This document shows positions 1-10,084 of a stretch of DNA of 39,678 nt, piece by piece. The DNA is from Octopus sinensis (taxonomy: Eukaryota). The notes under the pieces were generated by a model, which saw only the letters and a program-made list of their open reading frames with translations, searched no databases and was not told the origin of the DNA. Where the stretch lies: positions 1 through 39,678 of the forward strand of contig NW_021835685.1 of assembly GCF_006345805.1 (NCBI RefSeq), read 5' to 3'. Both the position numbers and the translations under genes were made by a program. Every line of letters starts with the position of its first letter. The stretch's first letter is position 1.

Positions 1-216
1 ACATAATGCATCTGTTGGGTTTCGGTTTTCGAAAGCTTGTATTACAGAATCAGAAGAAGAAAAAAATTGAATAAATTCTATAGGAATTTTGACGTAAAAA
101 TATACTTGCAAAATTATTATTGAAACCTTATATTGCACTTCTCAAAGCAATTATTATTGCGAATGAATATCCACATATACACATACATACGCATAATATA
201 TGCGTTATTGTGTGTT

Positions 217-286
<70 letters not shown>

Positions 287-301
287 ATACACACATATAT
301 A
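217..301. repeat. (TA)n microsatellite
   Basis: Near-pure TA run; source of the YI-repeat ORFs in the track. Confidence 0.95.
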
Positions 302-1654
302 TAATTGATGTTGTAGTATGTATATATGTATGTATACAGACTTTTCGAGTACGTACATTAGTGTTTTATTATAAAACAACAAAGATTTAAAAAAAATTCC
401 GGTTGTATCCATTTCATTGTATAAACACTGATTATAAACTCAGCAAGTGAAAAGTATGAAAGCCACATCTTCCCAATTTCCATGCCCATATATTTGTCTT
501 ATTCGTGCCTAGTGAAAATTTTTATTGAAAAAAAGTAAAAAGTAAAATTAAAATCTGCATTTATTATCATCATACATCTCAGAAAAAATTCATATCATAC
601 ATATATATATACATATACATACATTCATATATATATAAATATATATATATATATACGTATATGTATATATCCATTTCATGATATCAAATTCTATACTATC
701 AAAATGAAAAGAAATCATACCTCTTTTGTATTTGAAGAAGCAAACCGTTGTGAAGGGCTGTGACACATGAATCACGTAGGTTATAAAAATCCACGTGATA
801 TATTTACTGTTATAACGTGAATGCATAATATATGATAATATGTCAGAAATGACTTTTAGACTTTGAAAAGAAAATTTTTTTGGTAATATATATATATATA
901 CAATATACACATATATATTTGTGTCTATATTTTCTATATATAACTAGCATATTTATATCCATAAATATATGCACAGACACACAGACATAAACGCAATCTC
1001 TCATGCTGACAACATATACGTGCAAAGCAATCTAGAAACACACACAAATATATATACACATATACAATGTTAAGACTGTGTGAATAACTGGGTGATTTTT
1101 TTTTTTAATTTTCAACATCTATTATGAAACATTCTTGCCGTGATTCAGTATTGAATTTATTTGTAACTTGTCCAAATAAGCATATATGCTATGATAACAG
1201 GCATCATATAAGCCTATAATAATTTAATATTGTCTATGATAAATTCATATAAATATCTGAGTGTGAATGTTTGTGCGTGAATGTGTGAGAGTTTGAATAT
1301 ACATATCAATGTATATACAGAGGGGCATATATATTTATATATACATATATGTATATATATATTTATGTATATTAGTATGGCAGTCTTCAAGAATGAATTC
1401 ATGAATGTCAGCAATTCCGACCATTTCTCTATGTTATTCTACTTATTGTTTTTTTTTGTTTTTTTTTCCACTTTGTTGAATAAATTTCTGTACTTATTTT
1501 TACAATAAAACCGATATCATAAAACCTTATTCAATATTGTTTTGTTGTCAATGGAAGAGAGGCGGGTAGAAAACACAACAACTTTGTCGTGTTCATTCAT
1601 ATTGTTTTCAAAAAAGCTTTTTGTACTGACTTCTGCTTTGAGCATTTGGTTATA

Positions 1655-1742
1655 TGTACTTGAGGTCAATAAAGTACCAGTGGAGCACCAGAGTCGATGT
1701 GTTTGATTTGCCCCCTCCTCACAAAATTTCAGGCTTTGTGCC
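1655..1742 (+). mobile_element. 3' part of a family-A SINE, split by the mini-LTR element (remainder at ~2266-2282)
   Basis: aataaagtaccagtggagcaccagagtcgatg...caaaatttcaggctttgtgcc | tataatagaaagaattat rejoins to the tail seen in other copies (e.g. cagaccttatacctatagtagaaaag at ~11845-11870). Confidence 0.8.
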
Positions 1743-1883
1743 TGTTGTGTGGACACCCCCAGACGATGAAGTAGGCTAGCCCAACATGTAGATATAGAGG
1801 GAGAAGCCTAAACGTCAAGGACAGAGCTGAGTAGCAGTCGAAAGAGTCGAGTTGAGTAGAATCCCCGAACGTGTGACATAACA
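1743..1883 (+). repeat. 5' LTR (141 bp)
   Basis: TG...CA ends; ungapped alignment to 2120-2260 with 17 mismatches. Confidence 0.93.
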
Positions 1884-1884
1884 G

Positions 1885-1933
1885 TGGCGACGAGGATGAG
1901 ATTCGAACTCACGCGGGAATATCCCAATGGATT
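1885..1933 (-). other. Extended PBS: 49-nt 3' portion of mature tRNA-Ser (GCU-type acceptor), including CCA
   Basis: Minus strand reads AA-UCCAU-UGGGAUAUUCCCGC-GUGAG-UUCGAAU-CUCAU-CCUCGUC-G-CCA: anticodon-stem 3' strand, long variable arm, intact T-arm, acceptor strand, discriminator G and CCA. Confidence 0.88.
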
Positions 1934-2107
1934 TATGGTATAGTTTGTTCCAGGTCCCAGAACCACAAGCAAAAGCAGAACCGACACGTAGGTCGAACAG
2001 GAAGAGAAAACCTACAGAAATGATGGAAATTAACGCTATGAGAAGAAGATATGCCAGTTTCTCACAGAGGAAATAAAATTGATAAATTCGGGTTTAAAAA
2101 AAAACTC

Positions 2108-2119
2108 AAAAGGGAGAGG
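2108..2119 (+). other. Polypurine tract (PPT)
   Basis: aaaagggagagg immediately 5' of the 3' LTR. Confidence 0.85.
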
Positions 2120-2260
2120 TGTTGTGCAGACACCCCCAGGCGATGAAGTAGGCTAGCCCAATACGTAGATATAGAGGGAGAAGCCTGGACGTCAAGGACA
2201 GATTTGAGAAGCAGTCGGGAGAGTCGAGTTGAGTAGAATCATCGGGCGTGCGACATAACA
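2120..2260 (+). repeat. 3' LTR (141 bp)
   Basis: Direct repeat of 1743-1883, followed by TSD GTGCC. Confidence 0.93.
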
Positions 2261-2319
2261 GTGCCTATAATAGAAAGAATTATACAAGCACTCGGATAAT
2301 GTTGTTCTGTATAAATTCC

Positions 2320-2480
2320 TTCAAATTTTGGCACAAGGTCAGCTAGTTTGAGGGGCGGGGATTATACCGATCCTAGTCCTTCATAGGTACTTATTCTATC
2401 GACCCCAGGAAGATGAAAGGCAAATCGACCTCGACGATATGTGAACTCAGTACTAAAAGAACCAGAAGAACTACGGGTAT
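2320..2480 (-). mobile_element. Degenerate family-A SINE
   Basis: ggtacttattctatcgacccc...gatgaaaggcaaatcgacctc is the reverse complement of the family-A core. Confidence 0.7.
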
Positions 2481-2531
2481 TTTGTCGGTTCTATTAACGA
2501 TTTTACCAGATCACCATAGTTCTATATATAT

Positions 2532-2560
<29 letters not shown>

Positions 2561-2562
<2 letters not shown>

Positions 2563-3093
2563 CTTTCGAAAAACGTTTAGTAGATGAAACCTTAGCGACT
2601 GAAGAAGGGGATTTTTCGTTGTGCTTATTGTCCTGTATCTCTCCTCTTTTTTTTTGCTTGTCTTGTTTCCTTGGTTTGTGTCTATGTGTTTCGTCTCTCT
2701 ATGTGTCGACGTCTTTTTGGTGTCCTGTACACATATATGCGTGTATATGTACATGTAGAGGTAGGTACGTACATATATGTTTATATATATGCATATATTC
2801 TATTTATTAACATATATATATTATATATATATATATATATATATGTTAATAAAATAGAACATATGCATATATATAAACATATATGTACGTACCTACCTCT
2901 ACATGTACATATACACGCATATATGTGTACAGGACACCAAAAAGACGTCGAACACATAGAGAGACGAAACACATAGACACAAACCAAGGAACAAGACAAG
3001 CAAAAAAAAAGAGAGAGATACAGGACAATAAGCACAACGAAAAATCCCCTTCTTCAGTCGCTAAGGTTTCATCTACTAAACGTTTCGAAGGAT
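2561..3093. repeat. ~530-bp palindrome: two ~250-bp copies of a TA-embedded element in inverted orientation around an (AT)n spacer
   Basis: 2563-2811 is the reverse complement of 2845-3091 with about half a dozen differences; spacer 2812-2844 is (AT)n; outer flanks are (TA)n. Confidence 0.95.
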
Positions 3094-3103
3094 ATATATA
3101 TAT

Positions 3104-3310
3104 AACGTGGAGTAGTCGAAACAAGGACAACTGAAGAAGGGGAATATTCTTTATGTCGTATGTCTCGTTTCTCTGCTTCTTTTTTTACAAAAGTTCGTTT
3201 TCTATGTTTTTTTACAAAAGTTCGTTTTCTATGTTTTTGTTTTTATGTTTTCGTTTCTCATCGTGTTCAACCTTTTTTTATGTCCTGTACCCATATATGC
3301 ATGTATATAC
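3104..3310 (+). mobile_element. TA-embedded element related to the palindrome arms
   Basis: Shares gaaac-N9-ctgaagaagggga and the 3' tgtcctgtac(a/c)catatatgc with the arms; has an internal ~28-bp tandem duplication (ttttacaaaagttcgttttctatgtttt). Confidence 0.6.
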
Positions 3311-3660
3311 ACATATATATATGTAGCTATGTACATATATGTATGTATATATGCATATATTTATATATTATATTATATATATTATTTATATTATATTATA
3401 TTATATTATATTATATTATATTTTATATTATATAATATATATATATTATATTATATATATATAATATATATATATATAATTAGGGCTTAGTAAAATAAAT
3501 TATTATTGCCACATACTGAACTTTCTAGAAATAGCAGTCAAAAAGTTTTTTAGCCATTTCCACTACTTAAAGAAAATTTCCCTCAGATAATGTTTACTCA
3601 AAATAACTCACGAAGGGTATGGAGGTAAAAAAAGAAAAATATCACAAGTACAAAGATTAT

Positions 3661-3721
3661 TTGAGAACGTTAACGTTTCTAGATTAGCCAAATAAACTCA
3701 GCATTTCTTTCGTCAGCTCAA
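3661..3721 (-). ncRNA. Type I hammerhead ribozyme motif
   Basis: Minus strand: UUGAG CUGACGA [A-AGA...UCU-A, weak stem II] GAAA CGUUAACG U U CUCAA. Stem I UUGAG/CUCAA, stem III inside the palindrome AACGUUAACGUU, GUU cleavage triplet. Confidence 0.65.
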
Positions 3722-4231
3722 CATTTCTTATTTTGGATTTGGAAGCACTAAAAAGAAAGAACATACCCTTTGGCGACTTATCACCTCAGATGACCCGTTC
3801 AGACTGCCAGTACCTACCAACAAATTCAAAATGTGCAAGCGAAGATTTCCTACTCTCCCCTTCCACCCACGTGGGTTATCTAGCAAACATTTATATTTTA
3901 AACGGTGAGAACCGAGGCATATGACAGAGAGAAATGAATTATAATATCCACAATTGAGGGTAAAATTAATTAGTTATTAATCAATTTCACCAAGTATTCA
4001 GTATGTAAAAGGACCATTTAAGGCGAATTCAAAATATTACATTATATAATTAGGGCTTAGTAAAATAAATTACTTTGCCACATACTGAACTTTCTAGAAA
4101 TAGCAGCCAAAAAAGTTTTTTAGCCAAAAAAGTTTTTGTTGGTACTGGCAGTCTGAACGGGTCATCTGAGGTGATAAGTCGCCAAAGGGTATGTTCTTTC
4201 TTTTAGTGCTTCCAAATCCAAAATAAGAAAG

Positions 4232-4297
4232 TTGAGGCTGACGAAGAAAAGAAATGCTGAGTTTATTTGGCTAATCTAGAAACGTTAACGTTCTCAA
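4232..4297 (+). ncRNA. Second (inverted) copy of the same hammerhead motif, with small insertions
   Basis: ttgagg ctgacga agaaaagaaatgc...aatcta gaaa cgttaacg tt ctcaa; extra g before the core and extra bases in stem II. Confidence 0.5.
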
Positions 4298-4576
4298 ATA
4301 ATCTTTGTACTTGTGATATTTTTCTGTTTTTACCTCCATACCTTGAGTGATTTTGAGTAAACATTATCTGAGAGGAAATTTTCTTTAAGTAGTGGAAATG
4401 GCTAAAAAACTTTTTTGGCTGCTATTTCTAGAAAGTTCAGTATGTGGCAAAGTAATTTATTTTACTAAGCCCTAATTATAAATGTAATATTTTGAATTCG
4501 CCTTAAATGGTCCTTTTACATACTGAATACTTGGTGAAATTGATTAATAACTAATTAATTTTACCCTCAATTGTTG

Positions 4577-4635
<59 letters not shown>

Positions 4636-4799
4636 GAATTATCGTCGTTGTCGTCGTCTGCAAAGACTCTTTTCCGAGTATTTAGCACATTTCAGTCCAA
4701 AGTGGAGATAGATATCATTTGTACTGTAGGGAATTATAGTTGTCCCCAATTATTGCTCTAAACACCCTATTGCAAGAATCGTATTGGACTGTTGGTGTT

Positions 4800-5500
4800 G
4801 GTTACGTTTGTGTTGCTCTGTCTTTCATTCCGATATGCGTTCTGTTTTCTTCAAAACGGTATATTCTTATTTCAGTTAAATTACGTCAAAGAGTGCGTTG
4901 GTTGGCTGTCATTTCCCAGGAAATTCTGGTCTATAACAGTTCTCTTCCGAGTTTCCTTCAATTAATATTTGTAGCATCGTAGGGGTTGTCCAGGAGGGCG
5001 TCTCCCATTGTTCAGTACTCCAAATAGGAACATCTTTGCGAGCCTAATTTTGCCCGCACAATCCGCGTGACCTACCCATCTGAAGCGGTACTTAATGATT
5101 GTCGCCTCCATGCTAATTATTCCCGCATCCTTTAGTACGTCAGTATTGGTAACATAATCTCATTCGATGCTCAAAATTGACTGGAGTTACTTTCCAATGA
5201 ATTGTTCAAGCTTTTTCAGGTCATGGTAGTACAGGGCCCACGTTTCACATCAATACAACAGGGTGGACACAACTATGGCATTGCGCACGATCATTTTGCT
5301 CTACATAGTAAAACTTCTGCTCCCAAAGACTCTATTGGAGAGCTTTCAAAAGGCTGAGTGTACTGCTTAGATGATGTTTTCTATTTTCTTTGATGGTGTA
5401 CATTGGACAGACAAGAGTCTACCAAGATAAAGGAAATGTTCAATGTATTCAATGGAAATACCGCTAATGGAGATGTTAAATTTTGGTGGTTGTACAATGA
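4800..5500 (-). mobile_element. Decayed RTE-clade (BovB-like) LINE, 3' part of ORF
   Basis: Minus-strand frames with stops and frameshifts give IEYIEHFLYLGRLLS, VVSTLLY*CETWALY, SMEATIIKYRFRWVGH, GRRPPGQP and WEMTANQR, typical of the RTE RT C-terminal region. Confidence 0.85.
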
Positions 5501-5519
5501 TTTTATATGCTTATAAATA

Positions 5520-5850
5520 TATTATAAATAAAATCAAATAATAAGGGTAGAAATAGATGTTAATCAACTAAAGCCAGTGGCTTAGCATATTTTAAAAAAT
5601 TCGAAGATTAAAAATTGTGTTACATACAAAATTAAGAGGAATGTCCACTAAAGTGGACACCCTATATGCTAAACATAGAAGTCAAATCGCCATTACCACG
5701 AAGAATGTGTTCTCATTTATACATTTTTACATTTTTGCGTTTTGCTGAGATTTTTCTTAAGAACACATTCTTCGTGGTAATGGTGATTTGACATCTATAT
5801 TTACCATATAGGGTGTCCACTTTAGTGGTCATTCCTCTTAATTTTGTATA
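5520..5850. mobile_element. TA-flanked foldback element with ~90-bp inverted repeats
   Basis: 5624-5713 is the reverse complement of 5760-5849 (a few mismatches), with a 46-nt spacer; (TA)n on the right. Confidence 0.7.
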
Positions 5851-6659
5851 TATATATATATATATATATCTCCAACATAAGAGTGTGTGTGTGTGTATGA
5901 GAGAGTATTATTGCGTATGAGAGGTCTGGACGTGTGTATGTATATATGATGTGATGTGTAAAGTCGTATGGTGTAGTGTAGAGGGAGGAGATGAGGGAAG
6001 AGGGGGAGGTAAGGGGGGGGAGATGGTGAGAGGGGAGAAAGAAAGGGGAGAAGAGGGGAGAAGGAAAGATATATATACAAATATACATATGTATGTATGT
6101 ATTTGTGTGAGGGTCTCTGTGCCTGTATTTGTCTCTCCATGTTGTTTGACAACCGGGGTTAGTTTGTTAATTCTTCTTCGTAAACTAGCAGCTCAGCCAA
6201 AGACCCCGATAGAATTAGAACCAGAATTTAGAAAAAAGTAAGTCCTTGGATCGATTTTCTCAACTAAAAGCTGGAGTCTAATGGTAAAAAAAAAGAATTA
6301 TAAAAGGAGTGTTTATAATGGCCCCGGAACAATTTCCTTTTATCAGTTTGAATTGCGAGTGATATTTGTCCACCCGAGGTTCTGAGTGAAGACACTTGCT
6401 GAACAATGTAATGCACGACGGGATCAAATCCGGAACCACGTTATAACGAAGCGAACTTCCTACCCACATAGACATCTGTGCAAGCTAGTTCTCGCTAGTT
6501 TTTATCGCTTCTTGTTTTATATATATAGCGACACAAACTTACTTATTAAACGAAATACTGAAACACCGCCAAGATAGAATGTTTTAATTCTGACATTTTA
6601 TCTAGCAATTTCTATAAATAATGAAGGCGGAGTAGTATGATAATGAAGTTCGCCCTCGG

Positions 6660-6787
6660 CAACCAAGCGGCTTCAGGTTCGAAGACACTGCACGACCCCC
6701 GGCGCAAGTGGTACAAACAAAGATTCTACTTCACCAGTACTTGGTTAATAAAATTTGGTAGACGTAAATTGTGCAGTGCCCGTCGCA

Positions 6788-6790
<3 letters not shown>
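6660..6790 (+). mobile_element. Highly degenerate family-B SINE head
   Basis: aaccaagcggcttcaggttc...gcaagtg...tttggtagacg...gcccgtcg resembles the B consensus. Confidence 0.5.
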
Positions 6791-6873
<83 letters not shown>

Positions 6874-6976
6874 CTATCTATCTCTATATATATATATATA
6901 TTAATACATACACACACATATGTATATATATATATATATATGAAATATATATATCAACTCGTGTGTTCCTTTTCAC

Positions 6977-7041
<65 letters not shown>

Positions 7042-7144
7042 ATATATATATATACATATATATGTATATATATATATGCATACATACACACACATACACA
7101 CAAACACACACACATATATATACATATATATATATACATATATA

Positions 7145-7176
<32 letters not shown>

Positions 7177-7353
7177 ACATATATATATACATAGATATAT
7201 ATATACACATATATATATACATACATACACACACATACACACACACACACATATATATATAGGTATATGTATATATACATATATATACATATATATATAC
7301 ATATATATACCTATATATATATACATATATATACACATATATATACATATATA

Positions 7354-7385
<32 letters not shown>

Positions 7386-7471
7386 ACATATATATATAAT
7401 ACATATATATATACATAGATAGATATATACATATATATACATACATACACACACATACACAGGCACACACA

Positions 7472-7520
<49 letters not shown>
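6788..7520. repeat. Compound (TATC)n / (TA)n / (CA)n microsatellite
   Basis: Direct inspection. Confidence 0.95.
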
Positions 7521-7521
<1 letters not shown>

Positions 7522-7664
7522 ACGGTTTGACTCAACTCCAAGTTATGTCATGTGGAGCTGAGTCAAACTGTTATTAAAATATCTTTGTAACTCCAATCAA
7601 TTGTGCAGACTGCTGCTTCCTTCCGTTTGGCCTTTCACATGTATACATCCCAACATAAACACAC

Positions 7665-7685
7665 ACATGTGTGTGTGTAAGTGTG

Positions 7686-7748
<63 letters not shown>

Positions 7749-7760
7749 TGTGCGTGTGTG
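7665..7760. repeat. (GT)n microsatellite
   Basis: Direct inspection. Confidence 0.95.
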
Positions 7761-8428
7761 TATTCCAACAAGCACAGAAACAGGTTTTAAGCGAGGTTAC
7801 TTGGAATTAACAATGACGGAATCAGTTAGTTCCCAAACACGGCTAAAGTGCAGAATCAATTTCATTGAAAATATATGAAATGTCATTAACCAATAGTCTT
7901 CCGTTGAAAAGTTATAGAATATCTTTCTAGAACTGTAATATTCCATATTTGATGGCTTAAAAAAAACAAAAAAAAACAAAACACGAACAGTTATATTAGA
8001 CGCTCTTGAATTTCAGTTACGCATATTCAGGAGAAAATAATTTTTAGTGCATTGAAGAATGTTATATAGGTCCAACTTATGGAAGCGTGGAAAAGATATG
8101 GGGAAGTAAGAATGAAAAAAGCGAAAATGCACATTGAATATCAAAAACATAAAGGCTTTTTTTTAAATGAAAGTAGCGATAAATAAATACAATTAGATGG
8201 ACTGAGGTAGAATTACGAGGAATAAATTCATTATTTTGAATTGTTAAAGAGATTCAAAGTCAAACCGGTATCGTCGTTGCTGTTCACTGGCTTTCAGTCG
8301 GTGGGGGACGGGATAAACTACCTGCATCAACATGCTATAAAAGCAGGTAGTAATTTTACCTTTACTTATTCTTAGTGCAAGCTTTGAAGAGTGCAGTTCG
8401 ATTTTAACAGTTATGTTTTCAACCTATA

Positions 8429-9171
8429 ATGGAAGTGACAAAGGAGTATATTTGGCATATTTTGCTTTATGAGTTCAATAAAGGAAATGACACAACGGAA
8501 AGTATGAGGAATATTAATGCAGTATATAGGGATTGGACAATAAGCGTAGGCCAGTGTCAATGGTGGTTCCAGAAATTCTGAGCCGGAAACTACACCTCAG
8601 AAGACGAGCCTTGACCTGGAAGATGTGTGGAGTTCGACGAGGACGTCCTGCAAACCTTGGAGGAACAAAATCCCGTCGTAACTGTTGAGGAACTAGCAGA
8701 GAAGCTTGGAATTTGGTCATTCAACCATTCATCGACATCTGCGCTAGAAGAAAAACGACCATCTTTGGTTTCAAAACGAAAGGTGTTCTTCCATCAGGAT
8801 AATGCACGGCCCACATAGAGCGAGAATGACATTCCAAAAGCTGGAGCAATTTCAATAGAAAACGATGCCCCACCCACCATATTCGCCGGACGTTGCCCCA
8901 TCTGATAATCATTTATTCTGCAGTCTTGAAAATCATTTGGAGGAGAAAATATGAATTCTGTAAGCTTGGTCAGAACATTACTGGAGGAGTATTTTTCGTC
9001 ATGGACAAGTGAATTTTGGAAGAGGGGCCTTGCAAATCTACCAGATAGATAGAAGAGCATTGTAGAAAATGTGGAGAGTGTATTTTAGATTAAAAAATAA
9101 CTTTGCTTATCTTAATTTTGAAAAATAAAAGAATTATAAAAGAACCACATTATTTACGGGAGGACCCAATA
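8429..9171 (+). mobile_element. Defective mariner transposon with internal deletion
   Basis: MEVTKEYIWHILLYEFNKG...WFQKF*AGN...EDEP*PGR (N-terminal HTH) jumps to KRKVFFHQDNARP and HPPYSPDVAPSDNHLF (DDD motifs). Right TIR-like end cattatttacgggaggacccaa+TA at ~9148-9171; no matching left TIR found. Confidence 0.88.
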
Positions 9172-9245
9172 CATATGCATACAAACTTACACACATATAT
9201 ATGTATATGCATACACGCATGCACACACATACACACACCCACACC

Positions 9246-9277
<32 letters not shown>

Positions 9278-9280
9278 CTT

Positions 9281-9314
<34 letters not shown>

Positions 9315-9487
9315 CTTTATTTAAAAGCAGCAGAAATATAACAAAAGGTGTTACTCAGAGTTTCACGTGAAACTCTGAGTAACACCTTTTGTTATATTTT
9401 TGCTGCTTTTAAATAAAGCATATTACTCTACCTCTTGTATTTGAGTACTCTTTTTTCTACCTTGTATTACATTTATGTGCTTACTCC

Positions 9488-9489
<2 letters not shown>
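9315..9489. mobile_element. TA-embedded element starting with a 104-bp spacer-less palindrome (9315-9418)
   Basis: 52-bp arms centred on ttcac|gtgaa with 1 mismatch; (TA)n on both sides. Confidence 0.85.
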
Positions 9490-9556
<67 letters not shown>

Positions 9557-9594
9557 TATATGCATACACACACACAAATATACGTGACTATATT

Positions 9595-9805
9595 TTTGTG
9601 TATGTGTTTGCTACCCCACCACTGCTTGACAACCAGTGCCGGCTTGTTTATTTACTGTAACTTAGCGGTTCAGCAAAAGAGTCTGATTGAATAAGTACCA
9701 CACTAAAAGAAAAAAAATGTTGGATCGATTTGTTCGACTAACCGCTTCAAGGTGGTGCCCCAGCAGGGTCGCAGTCTAATGGATGAAACGAATAAAAGAT
9801 ACACA
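9595..9805 (+). mobile_element. Family-B SINE 3' half
   Basis: gcttgacaacc...taacttagcggttcagcaaaagag...tcgatttgttcgact...gcagtc...gaaacgaataaaagat. Confidence 0.8.
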
Positions 9806-9831
9806 ATAGAACATATCTATAACTAACACTG

Positions 9832-10005
9832 TGGAGGCACATAGCCTAGTGGTTAGAACAGCGGACTCGCGATCGAGGGCTCACGGGTTTGAATCTCAGG
9901 CCGGGATATGTGTGTTTTTGAGCGAAACATCTAAGTTCCACGCGGCTCCGGCAGAAGTTAATAGCGGACTTCTGATGACTCTTTCACCATAATTTCTCTC
10001 ACTCA
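9832..10005 (+). mobile_element. Family-C tRNA-headed SINE (5' part)
   Basis: ggaggcacatagcctagtggttag (A box) ... gggtttgaatctc (B box); related to 24619 and 25928 copies. Confidence 0.8.
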
Positions 10006-10084
10006 GTGATGCCCCAGCAGGGTCGCAGTCCAATTGATGAAACGAGTAAAAGATAAACAAGAAAACATATCTATAACTAACACT

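Larger units (their letters stand above)
1743..2260 (+). mobile_element. Miniature non-autonomous LTR retrotransposon (TRIM-like), probably Ty3/Gypsy-derived
   Basis: Two 141-bp direct repeats (TGTTGTG...CATAACA), tRNA-complementary PBS 1 nt after the 5' LTR, PPT before the 3' LTR, and 5-bp TSD GTGCC (1738-1742, 2261-2265). The internal frame EPTRRSNRKRKPTEMMEINAMRRRY resembles the basic RRSxRxRKP tail of Gypsy pol. Confidence 0.93.
3478..4580. mobile_element. Hammerhead-bearing non-coding retroelement (Penelope-pLTR/retrozyme-like): 570-nt monomer + ~79-nt terminal redundancy + inverted copy
   Basis: aattagggcttag... occurs at 3478 and 4048 (period 570). 4141-4580 is the reverse complement of 3944-4047 joined to 3478-3814. 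(TA)n on both flanks; no long ORF. Confidence 0.8.

Noticed and set aside
1885-1933. tRNA-Ser gene
   Set aside because: Only the 3' 49 nt are present, with encoded CCA and no D-arm or A box; it is a PBS-associated copy, not a gene.
2563-2615. Functional type II hammerhead in the palindrome arm
   Set aside because: Core halves and a weak stem II are present, but no stem I can be formed; kept only as a note within the palindrome finding.
8190-8428. Left TIR of the 8.4-9.2 kb mariner
   Set aside because: No sequence matching the reverse complement of the right end (ttgggtcctcccgtaaataatg) was found; the left boundary is left undefined.
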